From Octopus sinensis (Eukaryota), in the NCBI RefSeq assembly GCF_006345805.1, contig NW_021823996.1, positions 1 through 20,370 of the forward strand: a stretch of DNA of 20,370 nucleotides. Reading direction: 5' to 3'. The notes below the pieces were generated by a model. It saw only the letters and a list, made by a program, of their open reading frames with translations. It ran no database searches and was not told the DNA's origin. A program made the translations under genes and the position numbers. Positions 20,076 to 20,370 of the stretch are shown in pieces. The first letter of the stretch is position 1. Each line of letters begins with the position of its first letter.

Positions 20076-20370
20076 ACATCTGCAAACAGTGGGATATTTG
20101 TGTGTCGGCCGTGACAAAATCCCAAGTTTGCGTTTTCCTCCCAGTCATGAAAGCTGAAGGAATCTAGAATGAATAAATACAGAATGTTCTAGTTTAAAAG
20201 ATTTAACTAAAAGAACCGTGTCTCCTTCCTCATTGGAGATGTTTGGATAGGAATCTTACGTACGTGTCGTGTCTGCGAGCACGCACACACACACACACAC
20301 ACACAAACATACCCACGCACACACACATACGTAATATTAGCTTTCGATTATTTCCATAAGGTGACATTGA

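Noticed and set aside
1-20370. CRISPR array, rRNA, or Hox-cluster miRNAs (miR-10, miR-993, iab-4)
   Set aside because: No repeat-spacer periodicity, no rRNA motifs, and I did not see the mature miRNA sequences on reading.

Overview
AT-rich, microsatellite-dense eukaryotic genomic DNA. From memory, the tRNA-derived SINE families look like those of Octopus (coleoid cephalopod); I did not verify this by search. No complete protein-coding gene is recognisable, and nearly all listed ORFs are simple-repeat artefacts. The only clear protein homology is a frameshifted Helitron Pif1-type helicase fragment (10402-10580, minus). A Helitron-like 5' terminus lies at 12561 on the same strand. The window holds about 15 SINE copies or fragments of three families, one nested with a 19-bp TSD, plus two fold-back elements flanked by (TA)n. 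The main hidden signal is a set of type I hammerhead-ribozyme-like folds, most with the short palindromic stem III typical of Penelope-like elements/retrozymes. One has a canonical core (868-930, minus), two to three have a CCGANGA core variant, and several are decayed. A low-confidence minus-strand terminal exon (6735-6425), two CTCF-like motifs and Pbx/Hox-like motifs are also noted.
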